Assembly: GCA_038214755.1 (NCBI GenBank)
Contig: JBBQRQ010000017.1
Coordinates: 1-64,000, forward strand
Direction: 5' to 3'
Source of the DNA: Verrucomicrobiota bacterium
GTDB taxonomy: Bacteria; Verrucomicrobiota; Verrucomicrobiia; Limisphaerales; CANJXF01
Length of the DNA stretch: 64,000 nucleotides
In this document: piece by piece, positions 48,747-59,230 of the stretch
Layout: the number at the start of each line of letters is the position of its first letter
How positions within the stretch are numbered: the first letter of the stretch is position 1
Made by a program: the position numbers and the translations under genes
The notes under the pieces: model-generated
Told to the model about the DNA's origin: nothing
Databases searched by the model: none
Seen by the model: the letters and a program-made list of their open reading frames with translations, nothing else

Positions 48747-49562
48747 ATGAAAAAAATATTCTATTCTTCCGTTGTGGTTGCGGCGCTGATAGCGTGCAAC
48801 GTCCCACAGGTGCAAGCCCAAAACACGTTGTATGGCGTGACTGCTTTTGAAAATCAATTGTTCACCGTCAATCCTGCTTCGGGCACGGGAACATTGGTGG
48901 GAGGGCTGGGGGTGAATGCCTTTGCCTATGGAATTGCCAATCGAAATGGCAGTCTTTACATCTTTGATCAGAGTATTGGTCAAATCCGCCCGATAAACCT
49001 CGCCACGGGCGCTGCGGGAGCAGGGATCAACATTGGTGTGGGGGCATTGGCGGGGGAAGGCGACCTGGCGTTTCGTGCCGATGGAACGGGTTTTCTGGCT
49101 TCGATCTTCGACAGCGCCCAGAACCCCGCGAACAACCTTTATTCGTTCAATATTCTTACAGGCACTTCTGCGCTCATTGGCAGCACCGGCATTGCGTTGG
49201 ACGGGTTGGCTTTCAATGGCAACACCCTTTATGCTTTGGCGCAAAATGACGGCAATCTCTACACCGTGAATCAAACCACGGCTTCATTGACCCCTGTGGG
49301 CGCGCTGGGCTTTGAAAAGAACAATCCATTCGCGGCCATCGCCTTCCACCCAAATGGCACGCTCTATGGCGCGATTGAGGACCGGCTTTACACGATCAAT
49401 ACCACCACGGGCGCAGCGACGCCCGTAGATCCAAACGTGTTGGATTTCGGTTTCAGCAGCGTTTCGGGTCTTGCCTTTGCTCCCATTCCCGAACCGGGAA
49501 CCATCGCCATGTTCGCGATGGGTGGATTGCTTGTGCTCGCGAAATTGCGCGGGAAAAAATAG
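48747..49562 (+). CDS. PEP-CTERM sorting-domain protein with beta-propeller-like repeats
   Basis: signal peptide; LY.(I/V)N..TG repeats; IPEPGTIAMFAMGGLLVLAKLRGKK. Confidence 0.92.
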   Translation: MKKIFYSSVVVAALIACNVPQVQAQNTLYGVTAFENQLFTVNPASGTGTLVGGLGVNAFAYGIANRNGSLYIFDQSIGQIRPINLATGAAGAGINIGVGALAGEGDLAFRADGTGFLASIFDSAQNPANNLYSFNILTGTSALIGSTGIALDGLAFNGNTLYALAQNDGNLYTVNQTTASLTPVGALGFEKNNPFAAIAFHPNGTLYGAIEDRLYTINTTTGAATPVDPNVLDFGFSSVSGLAFAPIPEPGTIAMFAMGGLLVLAKLRGKK

Positions 49563-49581
49563 TGGAATTATTTAAATCAAC

Positions 49582-49611
49582 TGGCGGCATCGCAAGATGC
49601 CGCCATTTTTT
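49582..49611 (+). terminator. rho-independent terminator
   Basis: TGGCGGCATC-gcaa-GATGCCGCCA followed by a T run. Confidence 0.85.
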
Positions 49612-49787
49612 AAGAGTTTAAACTTAAGCCCTCCCGCTTCGCAAGCCAAAGACCGTCCTGTGAGCTTGCTTCCAAATTTTTCGGCGATGCAGAATTTCCC
49701 GATTGGCTTAACAAAGCCAATTGAGTTGCCAAAAATCTGGGTCACGGACAAAATATTCCCACCAATGCGAAAGAGTTGAATTATTTT

Positions 49788-50666
49788 ATGAAAAATTTTT
49801 TGAATTGTTTTGCTTTAAACTATGTCGTCTTGCTTTTGACCAGCGGTATCGCGATTGGAGCGCCGCTGCCGCTTGGCTCTGCGGAAAAAGACGAAAAGCC
49901 AGTTGGTTTGCAACTTTACAGCTTGCGCGAACAATTTGCCAAAGATGTTCCCGGCACGCTAGACAAGGTCCGGGACTTTGGGCTGAAAAATGTCGAACTG
50001 GCTGGCACTTACGGTTTGCCGCCGGAAAAATTTAAAAAAGAACTGGATGCGCGTGGCTTGGTTGCGCTCAGCGGTCATTTTCAGTTTGAGAAATTTCGCG
50101 ACAGCCCGGAAGCCATTGCGCGCGAGGCGAAAATTCTCGGTTTGAAATATGTCGGTTGCGCCTGGATTACGCATGACAACACTTTCACGGAAAAAGATGC
50201 TCGCGGCGCGATTGAAGTTTTCAACCGGGCGGGCGAGTTGATGGCCAGACATGGTTTGAAATTTTTTTATCACACGCACGGTTACGAATTTCAGCCGCAC
50301 GGCGACGGAACGCTTTTTGACCTGATGATGAGAGAGACGAGCCCGAAGTTCGTAAATTTTGAGATGGACGTTTTCTGGGTCGTTCATGGTGGGCAAGACC
50401 CGGTCAGGTTGGTGGAGAAATATGGGAAGCGTTGGACGCTGATGCATCTGAAAGGAATGAAAGAAAGCACACCCACCGGATTGCTCACGGGAAAAAGTGA
50501 CGTGAGGAATGACGTTGCGCTTGGCGTTGGAAAAATTGATTACGCCCCTATTCTGCGCGCGGCGAAAAAAGTCGGAGTGAAATGGTTTTTCATCGAAGAC
50601 GAATCTCCTTTGTCGGAGCAACAAATCCCAGAAAGCCTTCGCTATCTCAGAAAAATAAAGTGGTGA
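49788..50666 (+). CDS. sugar phosphate isomerase/epimerase (xylose isomerase-like TIM barrel), exported
   Basis: [32 protein letters not shown]. Confidence 0.9.
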   Translation: MKNFLNCFALNYVVLLLTSGIAIGAPLPLGSAEKDEKPVGLQLYSLREQFAKDVPGTLDKVRDFGLKNVELAGTYGLPPEKFKKELDARGLVALSGHFQFEKFRDSPEAIAREAKILGLKYVGCAWITHDNTFTEKDARGAIEVFNRAGELMARHGLKFFYHTHGYEFQPHGDGTLFDLMMRETSPKFVNFEMDVFWVVHGGQDPVRLVEKYGKRWTLMHLKGMKESTPTGLLTGKSDVRNDVALGVGKIDYAPILRAAKKVGVKWFFIEDESPLSEQQIPESLRYLRKIKW

Positions 50667-50727
50667 TCGCAAGCGCAAAGTCTCTTCCCACCTCTCTCTC
50701 CCCTCGCCTGTGACCATGCAGAAGGCT

Positions 50728-50862
50728 TTAACGCAAAGGCGCAAAGGCGAGGAAGAACCTTACTGATGAATTTCAACATCGCCATTGGGGGAGCGTAAGT
50801 TGTCAGTTTTAGTTCATCAGTTTTAACTTTGCGCCTTTGCTTCTTTGCGCCTTTGCGTTGAA
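50728..50862. repeat. CGCAAAGG octamer inverted-repeat element
   Basis: TTAACGCAAAGGCGCAAAGGCG ... CTTTGCGCCTTTGCTTCTTTGCGCCTTTGCGTTGAA. Confidence 0.85.
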
Positions 50863-51010
50863 TTCCGACTGCACAGTAACGCCTGAATTGTCCTCTGTTT
50901 TAACGACATGTCGAAACGTCCGCGCTTGGATAGTTTTTTCGTAATCCTCAAGGCGCATCCTGAGAGTCGCTCGCTGGCAAATGCGTCTGATGGATTTGCC
51001 GATGCGAATT

Positions 51011-51418
51011 ATGAAACTGAAAATGATGGTGGGGTGTGCTGCTTCGTTGCTCGCCTGTAGTTGTGGCAAAAAATCTCCCGAGGCCGCGTCGCACCCGGCC
51101 ACACCTGCCGTGGATCAAAATGCCGCAGGACAAACGGCTTCGCCTAACGTTCCTCCACCAACGACTCCGCCGGCGTATGCCCGGCCTGTCGCTCCACCGA
51201 CCGCGGTTCAACCCATCGCCGTGCCAGCCGACGCTTCCGCCGCGCTCAGTGTGTTGACGCAAGCGGTGCGAAAGTTCAGCGCCGAACGCCGACAGGTTCC
51301 AAAAAATCTCAACGAAGTTGTCAACGCCGGGTACATCCGAAATTTGCCCGCTGCGCCTCCCGGAAAAAAATTTGTTTTGGACACCAAACGGCTTGAAGTG
51401 ACTTTGGCCAACAACTAG
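51011..51418 (+). CDS. Pro-rich hypothetical lipoprotein
   Basis: lipobox [10 protein letters not shown]-rich linker; [11 protein letters not shown]...LP.APPGK. Confidence 0.75.
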   Translation: MKLKMMVGCAASLLACSCGKKSPEAASHPATPAVDQNAAGQTASPNVPPPTTPPAYARPVAPPTAVQPIAVPADASAALSVLTQAVRKFSAERRQVPKNLNEVVNAGYIRNLPAAPPGKKFVLDTKRLEVTLANN

Positions 51419-51438
51419 CCCAACCCGCGAATCGATTT

Positions 51439-52455
51439 ATGAAAAACAGAATTAAATCCGAAATCCGAAATCCGAAATCCGAAATCCGACGGTGGCAGAC
51501 TGCACCGACGCGGAACGGCTCGGGTGGCAAAGCCTTTTTCCCGGGGCGGGCGAAAAATCGTTTTCGGTCTTCGGGCTTCGGATTTCTTTCGGATTTCGGC
51601 GATTCGGATTTCGGATTTTTGCCTAAGTTTTTTCACCGAAAAAATTACCAAACCCATTCCGCGTTTACCTTGATCGAGTTGCTGGTCGTGATCGCCATCA
51701 TCGCGATTCTCGCCGGTTTGCTTTTGCCCGCACTGGCCAAAGCCAAAGGCAAAGCGTTGACCACGCAATGCCTCGCCAACACCAAGCAAATGGGTCTCGC
51801 GATAAATCTGCACACCGGCGACAACCGCGAGAAATATCCGTATGGCGGTTATTACACTGGCGATTATCAATACCAGATTTCGTGGGACGATCTTTTGCAT
51901 CGCTACCTCGGCGGCAACGCGCCGCAGGAACAACTCGACGTTGGAATCATGGACAGCAATTTTACGCCGAAGCTGCTGAAATGTCCGAGTGATCAAATTC
52001 AAAACACGATTACGTGGGCGAGTTACGCGCAACGTCGCAGCTATTCCATGGTTGATTCTGGCTGGGGGTTCGTGAATGTCGGAAGCCCATTGCCGCTCCT
52101 GATTTTAGGCGTTGGGATTCAATGGCAAAAGATGAATGGTTCGCCGCCGGATTACGACGCGCCTGCCTACAAAACCAGTTCGGTGCTCCAGCCATCGAGC
52201 ACCATTGTCATCGCCGAAAATCCCAAGAACGACAACATCTGCGGAAACATTTGGCCCGCCACCGTGCGAAATCCCCAGGAGCAAACCAACAATTACGGCT
52301 CGGCGGTTTTGGCTTTGCACAATCAGCGTTTCAATTGGCTCATGCACGACGGCCATTCGGAGCTTCTGAAAGTTCAACAAACTCTCGGCAAGGCGGTCAT
52401 CCGCGGAACTTACACTGACCCGCGCGGAATGTGGACGGTCAAGACGGGGGACTAA
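51439..52455 (+). CDS. prepilin-type N-terminal cleavage/methylation protein (DUF1559/H-X9-DG type)
   Basis: [48 protein letters not shown]; leader contains the AAATCCG element. Confidence 0.92.
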   Translation: MKNRIKSEIRNPKSEIRRWQTAPTRNGSGGKAFFPGRAKNRFRSSGFGFLSDFGDSDFGFLPKFFHRKNYQTHSAFTLIELLVVIAIIAILAGLLLPALAKAKGKALTTQCLANTKQMGLAINLHTGDNREKYPYGGYYTGDYQYQISWDDLLHRYLGGNAPQEQLDVGIMDSNFTPKLLKCPSDQIQNTITWASYAQRRSYSMVDSGWGFVNVGSPLPLLILGVGIQWQKMNGSPPDYDAPAYKTSSVLQPSSTIVIAENPKNDNICGNIWPATVRNPQEQTNNYGSAVLALHNQRFNWLMHDGHSELLKVQQTLGKAVIRGTYTDPRGMWTVKTGD

Positions 52456-52490
52456 AATTTTCCGCACAACGCTTTCGCCATTTCATCCGA

Positions 52491-52916
52491 TTACTCTGCT
52501 TCAATGCTCGCCAGTTCTTCCAAAAATTCAGCGGGAGTAATCGCCGGCACGGGTGAGCCGGAAAAATCCACGACGTTTCGCGTGACGATATATTGGCTGC
52601 CGGTTGCTTCGGCCACAACGGCCACAACTGCATCTTCAAAATCTTTCAACGGCAATTGGCGGGCGCGTTGGAAATGTTTTTTGTCAGCCGAATGAATTTC
52701 AAAGTCGGCGAGCAGTCCGTCTATCGTTTGATTCGCAACGGTTGTGTCGGAATATTTTTCCATAATGTAGTGCAGTGTGGTGAGAGCATGGCCCGGCAGC
52801 ACGGCGGCGAATTCGCTGATGCGGGCGCGATGCAGAACTTCCTCGGAAGCCTGGTAATGCGGCAAACGATTTTGCGCGACGTCGAGCAAGACATTCAAGT
52901 CCACCGTGATTTTCAT
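52491..52916 (-). CDS. PIN-domain (VapC-like) toxin
   Basis: VDLNVLLD, DFEDAVV, IVTRNVVDF. Confidence 0.92.
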   Translation of the reverse strand: MKITVDLNVLLDVAQNRLPHYQASEEVLHRARISEFAAVLPGHALTTLHYIMEKYSDTTVANQTIDGLLADFEIHSADKKHFQRARQLPLKDFEDAVVAVVAEATGSQYIVTRNVVDFSGSPVPAITPAEFLEELASIEAE

Positions 52917-53143
52917 CGGTGCTTGTTCTCGATGTGGCGGCGATATTCCTCGCGGACATCAACGTCCGCCGGGACTGCGCCGGTGAACTTGACGTTGTCA
53001 GGGTGAGGATGAAGATGCCTTCGCAACCGCCTGGCATAGCGCGCAAACAATTCGGCGACGCTGAGGGCGTGTTCTTTGGCGTAAGCTTCAAGAAAATGGG
53101 CCTCGTCTTCCGGCAACTGCACAGTCAGTTCCATCGTTTTCAT
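52913..53143 (-). CDS. putative antitoxin of the PIN toxin
   Basis: 76 aa, MELTVQLP...YAKEHALSVAELF; overlaps the toxin start. Confidence 0.82.
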   Translation of the reverse strand: MKTMELTVQLPEDEAHFLEAYAKEHALSVAELFARYARRLRRHLHPHPDNVKFTGAVPADVDVREEYRRHIENKHR

Positions 53144-53256
53144 GGAATTACTTTAAAGGAATGGCGCGAGAAAACAATTTTCCAGTTGTCAGACTTCAAA
53201 CTGAACCATACCAAACCGCGCTTGCCATTTTTTCTGCGATGCGAAAACCTTAAACC

Positions 53257-56200
53257 GTGATCCCATCCAGTTTGACGCGAAGCGTCGCGTTTTTTTGGTC
53301 TGACGGGCCGTCGTTCGCAAATCGCATTTCCTCTGGCCTTCGCAATTCGGATTTCGGATTTCTTTCGGATTTCGGATTTCGGATTTCGCTCTTTGCCTTC
53401 CTCACCCTCACCGCCTCTGCGCTTGAACCCGCTTCCGATTGGGACGCGAAGAATTATTTTTTGGAGCAGCAATCCGGCCTTGAACAAAATTCCATCACGG
53501 CGGTCAAACAATCCCGCGACGGTTATCTCTGGCTCGGCACTTACACGGGCTTGCTCCGCTTTGACGGCGTTCGTTTCACCATTTTTAATTCCGGCAATTC
53601 ACCCGGCTTGCGCAACGGACGGATCACCAAACTTTTTGAAGACGATTTCGGCACGCTCTGGATCGGACACGAAACCGGCGAGTTGACCGAATTCAAAAAA
53701 GGAATTTTCACCCCAGTCGAATTCAAACCATCGCGCCCCGGCACCACGCTCGAAGACATCAACATGGACGCGCGTGGCAACGTTTGGGTGCTCAATGGAA
53801 ACGGTTCGCTTTATCGGCTGAACGATGGACTCCTGCTGGGCGAACGGTCGCCCAAAAGCAAACCGGTTTCCGCAGTGTTGTCCCGCGATGATCACGGCCA
53901 ATTGTGGCTGGCATTCAATGGCGCGATCAGCGCGGTGCAGAACGATCAACTCGTGCCGTTTCGATTCGATGACGGCAATCAAACCAATTTTTACAGCACG
54001 ATTCTTCCATCGCACGACGGTGGATTGTGGACGATGCGCAACGGCGTTTTGCGCAAATGGCGCGACGGAAAATGGGTGGCCGATCTCGGCGCGCCGTGGG
54101 GGCCGGATGCTCCATTGGCTTTGGCGGAAACGCGCGGCGGGACGCTCATCGCCGGAACTTTGAAGAATGGATTGTTCCTGCTCCGACCGAATATTGCCCC
54201 GCTCCAATTCAGCCGCGCCAATGGACTGTCGCATGATTGGGTGCGTTCCTTCTGCGAGGACCGCGAAGGAAATATTTGGATTGGCACCGGCGGTGGACTG
54301 AATGTCCTCCGCGAACGCCGCCTAAAAATTTTGCACGCGCTGGATGGCTGGATGGGCCGTTCCGTCCTGGCGACGGTCATCCATCAAAACGACGCGTGGC
54401 TCGGAACGGAAGGCGCGGGATTGTATCACTACGATTTGGAGAAAAAAATCTGGCGCAATTTTGGTGACGCGGATGGGCTGACGAATTCTTTTATCTGGTC
54501 GGTTTGCCAGACGCGCGGCGGCGAACTTTTTGTCGGAACGTGGGACAGCGGAGTTTTTGTGAAACGGGGCGAGCGTTTTGAACACCCGGAGTCGCTCGCG
54601 AAAATTACTTCGCCCGTCACCGCTCTTTACGAAGACCGCGACGGTGGGCTTTGGATCGGGACTGGAACTGGTTTGTATAAATTCAAGAACGGCAAACTGG
54701 TTTATTTCGTTGGCGCGGAAAAATTATTTCAGCCGGACGTTCGCGCCATCACGCAATCGGCGGACGGCGCGATTTGGTTCGGTATGTCCGGCGGAGGATT
54801 GGCGCAGTTCCAAGGCGAAGCGCTCAAACAATTTCAAAAACGCGACGGCCTTGGCAGCGATTTTGTCCAATCGCTTTTGGCGGAGACGAACAACACGATC
54901 TGGATTGGGACGGGCGACAATGGTGTCTGCCGTTTGCAGAATGGAAAATTTTCCACCATCAACATCGAGGCTGGTTTGCCGAGCAACGTGATTGCTTCCA
55001 TGGCCGATGACGGTCTGGGAAATTTCTGGTTCGGCACACATCACGGCATTTCACGGATCAACAAAACGGAACTGGAAGAGTGCGCAGCGGGCCGGAGCAA
55101 AACGATTCATCCGTTGACGTTTGGCGCGAGCGATGGTTTGCCTTCGGAGATTTGTTCGGGCGGATTTCAACCCAGCTTTGCCAAAGGGCCGGGAAACTCG
55201 ATTTGGTTTCCGACCGCAAAAGGCGTCGTCATTGCCGACCCGTCCAAGATCAAAAAAAACTACTGGCCGCCGACGGTTGTCATCGAAAAATTTATTGTCG
55301 AAGGCCAGCCCGTCGGAAACAAAACGGAATATGTCATCGGTTCGAGCGGCACACCGAAACCGCTGCAAATTTCTCCGGGAAACCAGCGTTTTGAGGTGCA
55401 GTACACCGGACTCAGTTTCACCGCCCCGGGCAAAGTTCGTTTCAAATACAAACTCGCCAAACTAGAAAACGAATGGGTGGACGCCGGGGAAAATCGTTTC
55501 GTTCAATTCAGCTATCTGCGGCCGGGCGATTATGAGTTCCACGTCGTCGCCTGCAACAATGACGGGCTTTGGAACGACACGGGCGCGACATTATCTTTCA
55601 CGCTGCTCCCTTATTTTTGGCAGACACTTTGGTTTAAAATTGCCGTCAGCGCGAGCGCGGCGTCACTCATCGTCTTCAGCGTGCTGTGGATGACGCGGCG
55701 GCGCTTGCGGCAAAAAATGGAAGTGATGGAACGCCAGCGCGCCATTGAACGCGAGCGCACGCGGATCGCGCGGGACATTCACGATGATGTGGGCGCGAGC
55801 CTGACGCGCATCACGATGTTAAGTGAATCGCTCCGCGGCGAGCGTCCTGAACGCGCTGCGGAAAATGCGGAGCAGGTTTATCGCACCGCGCGGGAGACAA
55901 CGCGCGCCCTCGACGAAATCGTTTGGGCGGTCGATCCCAAACACGACACGCTCGACAGTCTGGCGAGTTATCTCGGTCGATACGCGCAAAGTTTTTTGAA
56001 GGCCGCTCACATTCGCTGCCGACTGGATGTGCCGTTGCATTTGCCGACCTGGGCGTTGACGGCGGAAATTCGGCACAATGTTTTTCTCGCATTTAAAGAA
56101 ACGTTAAACAACGTCGCCAAACACGCCGCGGCCACGGAAGTGCGGATTTCCATGGAACTTTTGTCTGACGGATTTTTGCTGCGCGTGGCGGACAATGGTT

Positions 56201-56394
56201 GCGGTTTCAAATGGGAAAAAATAAAGACCGGCGCGGTGAAAGCGTTTTCCGAAAACGGCAGCCCCGGAAATGGAATCGGGAACATGCAAAAGCGACTGGA
56301 GGAAATCGGCGGCTCGTGTGAATGGGAAATCACCGGGCAAGGAACCGAGGTGAAAATTGTTGTCCTGTTGAAACGGGAAAGCGTGGGCCATTAA
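53257..56394 (+). CDS. periplasmic beta-propeller + Y_Y_Y sensor histidine kinase
   Basis: repeated (E)D..G.(L/I)WIGT motifs; YLRPGDYEF.V.A.NNDG.W; ERTRIARDIHDDVGASL; DNGCGF; start uncertain. Confidence 0.93.
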   Translation: MIPSSLTRSVAFFWSDGPSFANRISSGLRNSDFGFLSDFGFRISLFAFLTLTASALEPASDWDAKNYFLEQQSGLEQNSITAVKQSRDGYLWLGTYTGLLRFDGVRFTIFNSGNSPGLRNGRITKLFEDDFGTLWIGHETGELTEFKKGIFTPVEFKPSRPGTTLEDINMDARGNVWVLNGNGSLYRLNDGLLLGERSPKSKPVSAVLSRDDHGQLWLAFNGAISAVQNDQLVPFRFDDGNQTNFYSTILPSHDGGLWTMRNGVLRKWRDGKWVADLGAPWGPDAPLALAETRGGTLIAGTLKNGLFLLRPNIAPLQFSRANGLSHDWVRSFCEDREGNIWIGTGGGLNVLRERRLKILHALDGWMGRSVLATVIHQNDAWLGTEGAGLYHYDLEKKIWRNFGDADGLTNSFIWSVCQTRGGELFVGTWDSGVFVKRGERFEHPESLAKITSPVTALYEDRDGGLWIGTGTGLYKFKNGKLVYFVGAEKLFQPDVRAITQSADGAIWFGMSGGGLAQFQGEALKQFQKRDGLGSDFVQSLLAETNNTIWIGTGDNGVCRLQNGKFSTINIEAGLPSNVIASMADDGLGNFWFGTHHGISRINKTELEECAAGRSKTIHPLTFGASDGLPSEICSGGFQPSFAKGPGNSIWFPTAKGVVIADPSKIKKNYWPPTVVIEKFIVEGQPVGNKTEYVIGSSGTPKPLQISPGNQRFEVQYTGLSFTAPGKVRFKYKLAKLENEWVDAGENRFVQFSYLRPGDYEFHVVACNNDGLWNDTGATLSFTLLPYFWQTLWFKIAVSASAASLIVFSVLWMTRRRLRQKMEVMERQRAIERERTRIARDIHDDVGASLTRITMLSESLRGERPERAAENAEQVYRTARETTRALDEIVWAVDPKHDTLDSLASYLGRYAQSFLKAAHIRCRLDVPLHLPTWALTAEIRHNVFLAFKETLNNVAKHAAATEVRISMELLSDGFLLRVADNGCGFKWEKIKTGAVKAFSENGSPGNGIGNMQKRLEEIGGSCEWEITGQGTEVKIVVLLKRESVGH

Positions 56395-56466
56395 ACGAGT
56401 GGAGCCAAATAGGACGCTGCCGTTAGAATTGATGACAATCCTTTTTTCGAAAATCGAATTATTCAC

Positions 56467-57129
56467 ATGAAGATGCCAATCCAGGTTGCGATTGTGGAAG
56501 ACGACGCCGAAGCGCGAAAAATTCTCGCGAGCTGGATTCAACACGCCAGCGGTTTCAGACTCGTCGGAGAATGGGGCAGCGCGGAAAAAGCCATCAGCGA
56601 ACTCCCGCAGAAAGAGCCAGACGTGGTCTTGATGGACATCAATCTGCCCGGCATGAACGGCGTCGAAGCCACGAAAAAATTGAAACCGCTTTTGCCCAAT
56701 ACGCAGTTCGTTATTCTGACGGTTTACGAAGACACCGATCACATTTACAGCGCGCTGGCGGCGGGCGCGAGCGGCTATCTGCTCAAGGAAACACCGCGCG
56801 AAGAATTGTTGATCGCATTGCAGGAGGTCTATGGCGGCGGCTCGCCCATGACGAGTAACATCGCGCGCAAAGTGACGCAATCGTTCCAACAAAAAATGCG
56901 GAAGGACGAAGCGGAGTTCGGTCTTTCCACACGCGAACGGGAAGTGTTGGAATTGCTGTCGCGCGGTTATCTCTACAAAGAAATTGCCGACTCTCTGCAG
57001 ATCAGCACGCCGACGGTGAACACTTATATTCGGCGGATTTATGAGAAGCTTCATGTTCGTTCACGTTCCCAAGCCGTGGCGCGTTATACTCATGCGCCGG
57101 GCAGCGAGAATTTCACCAACCGCTCTTGA
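56467..57129 (+). CDS. NarL/LuxR-family response regulator
   Basis: AIVEDD, MDINLPG, LSTREREVL...YKEIAD...IYEKLHV. Confidence 0.95.
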   Translation: MKMPIQVAIVEDDAEARKILASWIQHASGFRLVGEWGSAEKAISELPQKEPDVVLMDINLPGMNGVEATKKLKPLLPNTQFVILTVYEDTDHIYSALAAGASGYLLKETPREELLIALQEVYGGGSPMTSNIARKVTQSFQQKMRKDEAEFGLSTREREVLELLSRGYLYKEIADSLQISTPTVNTYIRRIYEKLHVRSRSQAVARYTHAPGSENFTNRS

Positions 57130-57152
57130 AGAAGGATAAACTTCATTTTTTA

Positions 57153-57329
57153 ATTCCGAAATCCGAATCCCCGAAATCCGAAAGAAATCCGAAGCCCGAA
57201 ACTCGAAAGCAAAAATGCGGCGTGACTTCGCCGACGGGAATGCACTTTTCGTGGCGGCGATTGCCGGAACTTTTCGGTATTGGGATTTCGGATTTCTTTC
57301 GGATTTCGGGGATTCGGATTTCGGATTTA
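57153..57329. repeat. AAATCCG heptamer inverted-repeat element
   Basis: CCGAAATCCGAATCCCCGAAATCCGAAAGAAATCCGAA ... TTCGGATTTCTTTCGGATTTCGGGGATTCGGATTTCGG. Confidence 0.92.
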
Positions 57330-57452
57330 CGTTTAGGCCGTCGTTAATTTTGATGACATGTTTCAACCGCGTGACTTCGCTATAACTTTCCCATGTCCCA
57401 GAGGAATGAATCCGTTGAATTCTGTCCCCTCGCATCTCGAACTCAGAAAATT

Positions 57453-59054
57453 ATGAAAAAAAACCTATCCAAATCACGCTGGCTATTTTCCTTTTTAGCC
57501 GGAGCCACTTTGCTGGGCGCGGCCGTTTCTCTTCAGGCCGACATAGCGCCCAACCCAACCAACGATTACGTCAACTCATTCGATGCTCCCAGCAGCACAG
57601 CGTCGTGGTTGTATTGGTATGGCGTGAATCCGGGAAATTCTCCGATCACCTTCGACGCAGCGAAAGATGCGGCCACCAACGCTGGTTCCGGCTCGCTCGC
57701 CATTGAATTGCCCTTTGGCCCAACGGGCAATCAACAGGTGTGGTTCGGCACTTTCGGCAATGGTCGCGGCTACGATGGCAGTGTGCGCTACAACGCAAAT
57801 CTGTACACCAATATTTCCGTGGATGTTTTCGTGGAACCCGGCACGCAGGTGAATGGGGCGGGCAACTTTGGGACACTGGAATTTTCATTTGTGATCAGCG
57901 GTTGGTTAAATGGCGGAGGCCCTTTTACGACGAACGCAATCATTCCCGCCAGCGCCACCAATGGCTGGGTACATCTGGTCGTCCCGGTGGCGGTGGGCAC
58001 GCTCCAATACGACGATCCGGGCGTCGCAGGATTCGGATTCAAATACACCTCTTACAGCGGCTATCCCACGAACACGATCCGGTTTTGGATGGACAACATC
58101 ACCGCTAAAAAAGCTGGAGTAGCGCCACCGCCGCCGCCTCCGCCAACGATGAGCATCAATAAACCTTCGCCCGGCCTCAACATGTTCGCCGGCAGCGCGG
58201 GCGACTTCGACCGTCAAAGCATTCGCACGTTGCAAACGGAAAGTGGCGCGAACTATTCCTGGTTGGGCCGCGGCACCAATCCTGTCACTTATTCGTTTAC
58301 CATTTCTGGTCATCCGGGCGCAGGTCATGGAGGTTTCCAGACCCACATCTTTTTCGTTCCGGCTCCATCCTCCAACAACCAAGCTCCCGATTATGTGGAT
58401 CCGAACGTCATCATGATGGACTTGCAAACTTTTGGCGACGGAACGGCCAATTGGGTTTTCCGTTACAAAACAAATCAGCCCAACGGCAACAGCCAGCTTT
58501 ACGCAACTCCTCTGGCGCAAATTTCCAATCCAACCGCTCTCGGCACGTGGAGCCTGACCTTCCGCAACGATACGAATGTCACGATGACCAATCCGACGGG
58601 AGCGACGACCAACTTCACCATCGCCCCGGAGGTAGCGGCGTTGTTCCCCACTCCGCTTTACGTCTATTTTGGCATTCAGCCCAACAACGCGGTGAACAAA
58701 GGTTTTGCGACAACCTTTTCGCGAATCAGAATTCAAGGGACGACCGAGACGCTGGATGAAAACTTTTTGAACCAGACCGAACTCGATACGGCGAACATTT
58801 GGTCTGTGCAAGCGGCGGCTCCCCAGGGGATTTTCATCACGCCCACCAACACCGTTTTTCTGGTGAACTGGACGGCGGCCAATTCCGCCGGTTTCGTGTT
58901 GCAGAAAAATTCCGTCCTCGGAAATACCAACAGCTTTCCGTGGTCCACCAACGGGTTGCCCGATCCCATCCTATTGGGTGTGTTGAAACGAACGCTGATC
59001 GCGACGACGAATCTTCCGGCAGGATCGAATGGGTTTTTCCGTCTCATAAAATAA
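57453..59054 (+). CDS. secreted multi-domain protein of unknown function
   Basis: signal peptide; beta-rich N-terminal domain, poly-Pro linker, tail ending GFFRLIK; ATG at 57453. Confidence 0.85.
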   Translation: MKKNLSKSRWLFSFLAGATLLGAAVSLQADIAPNPTNDYVNSFDAPSSTASWLYWYGVNPGNSPITFDAAKDAATNAGSGSLAIELPFGPTGNQQVWFGTFGNGRGYDGSVRYNANLYTNISVDVFVEPGTQVNGAGNFGTLEFSFVISGWLNGGGPFTTNAIIPASATNGWVHLVVPVAVGTLQYDDPGVAGFGFKYTSYSGYPTNTIRFWMDNITAKKAGVAPPPPPPPTMSINKPSPGLNMFAGSAGDFDRQSIRTLQTESGANYSWLGRGTNPVTYSFTISGHPGAGHGGFQTHIFFVPAPSSNNQAPDYVDPNVIMMDLQTFGDGTANWVFRYKTNQPNGNSQLYATPLAQISNPTALGTWSLTFRNDTNVTMTNPTGATTNFTIAPEVAALFPTPLYVYFGIQPNNAVNKGFATTFSRIRIQGTTETLDENFLNQTELDTANIWSVQAAAPQGIFITPTNTVFLVNWTAANSAGFVLQKNSVLGNTNSFPWSTNGLPDPILLGVLKRTLIATTNLPAGSNGFFRLIK

Positions 59055-59073
59055 AGGGCATTCTCACGATAAA

Positions 59074-59230
59074 ATGGGAGCGCGCGCCTCCGGCGTGTGG
59101 TTTTCGGCGTCGCGCCGAAAACTTCGTTCCCCATTTTGTCGCGCGTGGTTCAGGGGACAAAGGCATGTTCAGGGGACAAAGGTTCGGGCGCGACGCCCAA
59201 ACCCGGCCGCGAGGACGCGCACGTTCCCAT
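59074..59230. repeat. ATGGGAGCGCGCG-family palindromic doublet
   Basis: ATGGGAGCGCGCGCCTC...TTTCGGCGTCGCGCCGAAA / GGGCGCGACGCCC...GAGGACGCGCACGTTCCCAT; internal duplication of GTTCAGGGGACAAAGG. Confidence 0.75.

Noticed and set aside
4376..57329. Repeats considered as CRISPR arrays
   Set aside because: They are inverted pairs or short tandem units, not regularly spaced direct repeats with unique spacers; no cas genes are present
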